Below, piece after piece: positions 61,808 through 64,000 of a DNA stretch of 64,000 bases. Made by a program: the position numbers and the translations under genes. Each line of letters starts with the position of its first letter. Within the stretch, counting starts at the first letter, position 1. The stretch is taken from contig CAXXVD010000002.1 of NCBI GenBank assembly GCA_963662335.2, positions 384,001 to 448,000 of the forward strand. Reading direction: 5' to 3'. This stretch comes from Chloroflexota bacterium. Lineage in GTDB: Bacteria; Chloroflexota; UBA11872; VXOZ01. The notes under the pieces are model-generated. The model searched no databases. It was not told the origin of the DNA and saw only the letters and a list, made by a program, of their open reading frames with translations.

Positions 61808-61880
61808 CGCCCCCGGGGTGATTCGAACACCCGACCAACTGCTTAGAAGGCAGTTGCTCTGTCCACTGAGCTACGGGGGC
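61808..61880 (-). tRNA. tRNA-Arg (anticodon TCT)
   Basis: GCCCCCG/CGGGGGC acceptor stem, AGCTCAGTGGACAGAGC D-arm, ACTGC-CT-TCT-AA-GCAGT anticodon arm, GTTCGAATC T-loop; CCA not encoded. Confidence 0.96.
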
Positions 61881-62047
61881 AGGAGAAAAATGGGCAGATG
61901 GCGTAGACTGGGCGCGGCATGCAGCGCTAGGCGTGGGGCCGGAGCCTTCTACTCGATTATACCGCAGCCGGTAGCGCAGGTTGCAAACCTGCGCTACCGG
62001 AGGCGCGGGCGCGCCGGGTTCAATCTTGCCCCTTGCGGCTGAGCCGG

Positions 62048-62212
62048 CGGGCAGACGTAGCGCGGGGGCTTGTCCCCCGCCGGGCAGACGTAGCGCGGGG
62101 GCTTGTCCCCCGCCGGGCAGACGTAGCGCGGGGGCTTGTCCCCCGCCGGGCAGACGTAGCGCGGGGGCTTGTCCTCCGCCGGGCAGACGTAGCGCGGGGG
62201 CTTGTCCCCCGC
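62048..62212. repeat. five direct tandem copies of a 33-bp unit containing REP family A
   Basis: CGGGCAGACGTAGCGCGGGGGCTTGTCCCCCGC x5, one substitution in copy 4. Confidence 0.95.
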
Positions 62213-62350
62213 CGGCCCAAGCGGTATGAGGGCGCAAAGAGCGAACTCTGCACGAGGTTCCTGCCAGGGAGGACAACTTTCACTGCGCCGCCCGGCCGGA
62301 CTTGGCCGAGCACCGCTTTCGCGGGGGCATTCAGCCTCTTGGCCGGCCGT

Positions 62351-63724
62351 CTACCCGCGCTGGCGCAGCGTCACCATTACCCCGTGCTTGGGACGCAGGG
62401 TAATGAGCGGATCCAATTCCACCGGGTGTTCGGGAACCAGGTCGAGTTCGTACTTTTGGGCGATGGTAGCGAGCAGCAATTGGGCTTCCAGCATGGCGAA
62501 GTTGTTGCCGATGCAGAGCCGCGGCCCGCCGCCAAAGGGGAAGTAGGCAAAGCGGTGGCGCTCTTTCACGCGCTCCGGCAAGAAGCGTTCCGGTATGAAC
62601 GCTTCCGCGTCTTCCCAGAAGTCGGGATGGCGGTGCGTCATGTACTGGCTCATAATTACGGTGCTGCCGGCCGGAATGGGGTAGCCGCCGACTTCATCGT
62701 CGCCGATGGCTCCGCGGGAAATGCTCCACACCGGCGGCAGCACGCGCATGGACTCCTCGACCACCATCTTCGTGTAGGGGAGTTGGCGCGTGTCGGCGAC
62801 CGTGGGCGGCCGGCCCGCCAGAACGCTATCGAGTTCGGCGCGCAGTTTGGCGGCGGCCTCCGGGTTGCGCGCCAGCAAGTAGAAGGTCCAAGTTAGGGCG
62901 TTGGCCGTGGTCTCGTGTCCGGCCAGGAAGATGGTGCGCACCTCGTCCCGCAGTTGGACGTCGTCCATGGCCTCGCCGGTCTCCTCGTCTCGGGCGTCCA
63001 GCAGCAGGGAGAGCAGGTCGTTCTCGTGGGGGTCGTCCGACTGGCGGCGGGCGTCGATGAACCGCTGCACCACGTCGTCGATGGTCTGGCGGGCCATGAC
63101 GGCGCGGCGAATGCCCGGCAGGGGCACCCACTCCGGAAAGTCGATGAGCACGTACATGCGCTTGCGGGCCTCGCGCTGGGCCACCGTGATGAGGGGCTCC
63201 AGGCGCTCGGCGTCGTCCTGCACGTCCGCGCCGAACATCACGCGGCTCACGATGTTCAGCGTGACGCGCATCATCTCGCTGCTGACGTCGAACGGCTGCC
63301 CGGCGGCGGCCGGGGCCTCCCACCCGGCCAGCATCTTCTCCGTCTCCGCGATCATGGTCTCGCCAAAGCCGGCGATGTGGCGCCGGTGGAAGGCCGGCTG
63401 CATCAAGCGGCGCTGCTTGAGCCACGACTCGCCGTCATTGGTCACCAGGCCGTTGCCGAGCAGGCGCCGGAGCTTGCGGTAATCGGGGCCGCGCCGGTAG
63501 TTCTGGTGGTTCTCTTGCAAGACGTGACCGACGTACTCGGGATGAGACAAGAAGTAGACGCGGTCGAAGAGGAGCGTGTGGTGCGCAATGTCGCCGTAGG
63601 CGCGGCCGACCGCCTGCATCAACTGCAGCGGGTTATCCTTCAGCGCGCCCACGGTGCGCAGTCCCAGGAAGTCGCGAGGGCCCGGCGGCTTCCGCCGCTT
63701 GCCGACATTGGCGTCTGCGGCCAT
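62351..63724 (-). CDS. cytochrome P450
   Basis: AGHETT I-helix, EESMR (ExxR), PERF, FGGGPRLCIG haem ligand. Confidence 0.97.
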   Translation of the reverse strand: MAADANVGKRRKPPGPRDFLGLRTVGALKDNPLQLMQAVGRAYGDIAHHTLLFDRVYFLSHPEYVGHVLQENHQNYRRGPDYRKLRRLLGNGLVTNDGESWLKQRRLMQPAFHRRHIAGFGETMIAETEKMLAGWEAPAAAGQPFDVSSEMMRVTLNIVSRVMFGADVQDDAERLEPLITVAQREARKRMYVLIDFPEWVPLPGIRRAVMARQTIDDVVQRFIDARRQSDDPHENDLLSLLLDARDEETGEAMDDVQLRDEVRTIFLAGHETTANALTWTFYLLARNPEAAAKLRAELDSVLAGRPPTVADTRQLPYTKMVVEESMRVLPPVWSISRGAIGDDEVGGYPIPAGSTVIMSQYMTHRHPDFWEDAEAFIPERFLPERVKERHRFAYFPFGGGPRLCIGNNFAMLEAQLLLATIAQKYELDLVPEHPVELDPLITLRPKHGVMVTLRQRG

Positions 63725-64000
63725 TTGGTTGCCTCCGTATCGCGCGGCAATAGCCGCGCACTCTCAGCGCGGTAGGTCGTGGAACCGCAGCCAACAGTTT
63801 CCGGCAACACGCAGGGCGACCACACCGGTTCCGAAACCCGCGCCAGTACACGCTGACCCACTGTGGGCACGCAGCCGCTTGGCTCGAGCGATTCTCACTG
63901 CTAGTATACAGCGCAGCCACAATCTGGTGAAGCGGGTGGTCGGGGATAGTCCGACCAGGCCACATCCAATAGTAGCAGGACTAACAAGAGTTACTGCAGC

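Noticed and set aside
61808-61880. tRNA-Arg as an integration site
   Set aside because: No integrase, and no duplicated tRNA 3' end seen in the window
62048-62212. Possible CRISPR array
   Set aside because: Units are contiguous and identical with no unique spacers; no cas genes; the repeat is REP family A
61704-62313. ORFs with LPGGGQAPALR / RRGTSPRATSA repeats
   Set aside because: Translations of the 33-bp DNA repeat; one overlaps the tRNA
63725-64000. Possible structured RNA upstream of the P450 gene
   Set aside because: No recognisable riboswitch or ncRNA motif; truncated by the window edge

Overview
High-GC bacterial chromosomal segment. It is probably Chloroflexota, inferred from the LGFP-like surface-protein repeats and the gene content. 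Housekeeping genes include asd-dapA, topA, an IlvD-family dehydratase and tRNA-Arg(TCT). There is an extended System I cytochrome c maturation operon: ccmE with a Cys haem-binding motif, ccmF/H/A/B/C/D and two unusual CcmI-like fusion genes. A two-gene unit pairs a circularly permuted ATP-grasp ligase with a lysine 2,3-aminomutase, and this is the best candidate for an undescribed pathway. The window also has many catabolic enzymes, a glycosyltransferase/glycoside hydrolase envelope locus and several secreted proteins, one with one intact and two degenerate zincin domains. Intergenic DNA is dense with at least six REP-like palindrome families. Both degenerate IS elements (IS481 and IS4 families) sit inside REP palindromes, each in a different family. 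Relic IS4 ends occur at the same position in other REPs, and REPs also lie in frame within protein-coding genes. All calls come from reading motifs by eye; no database searches were run.
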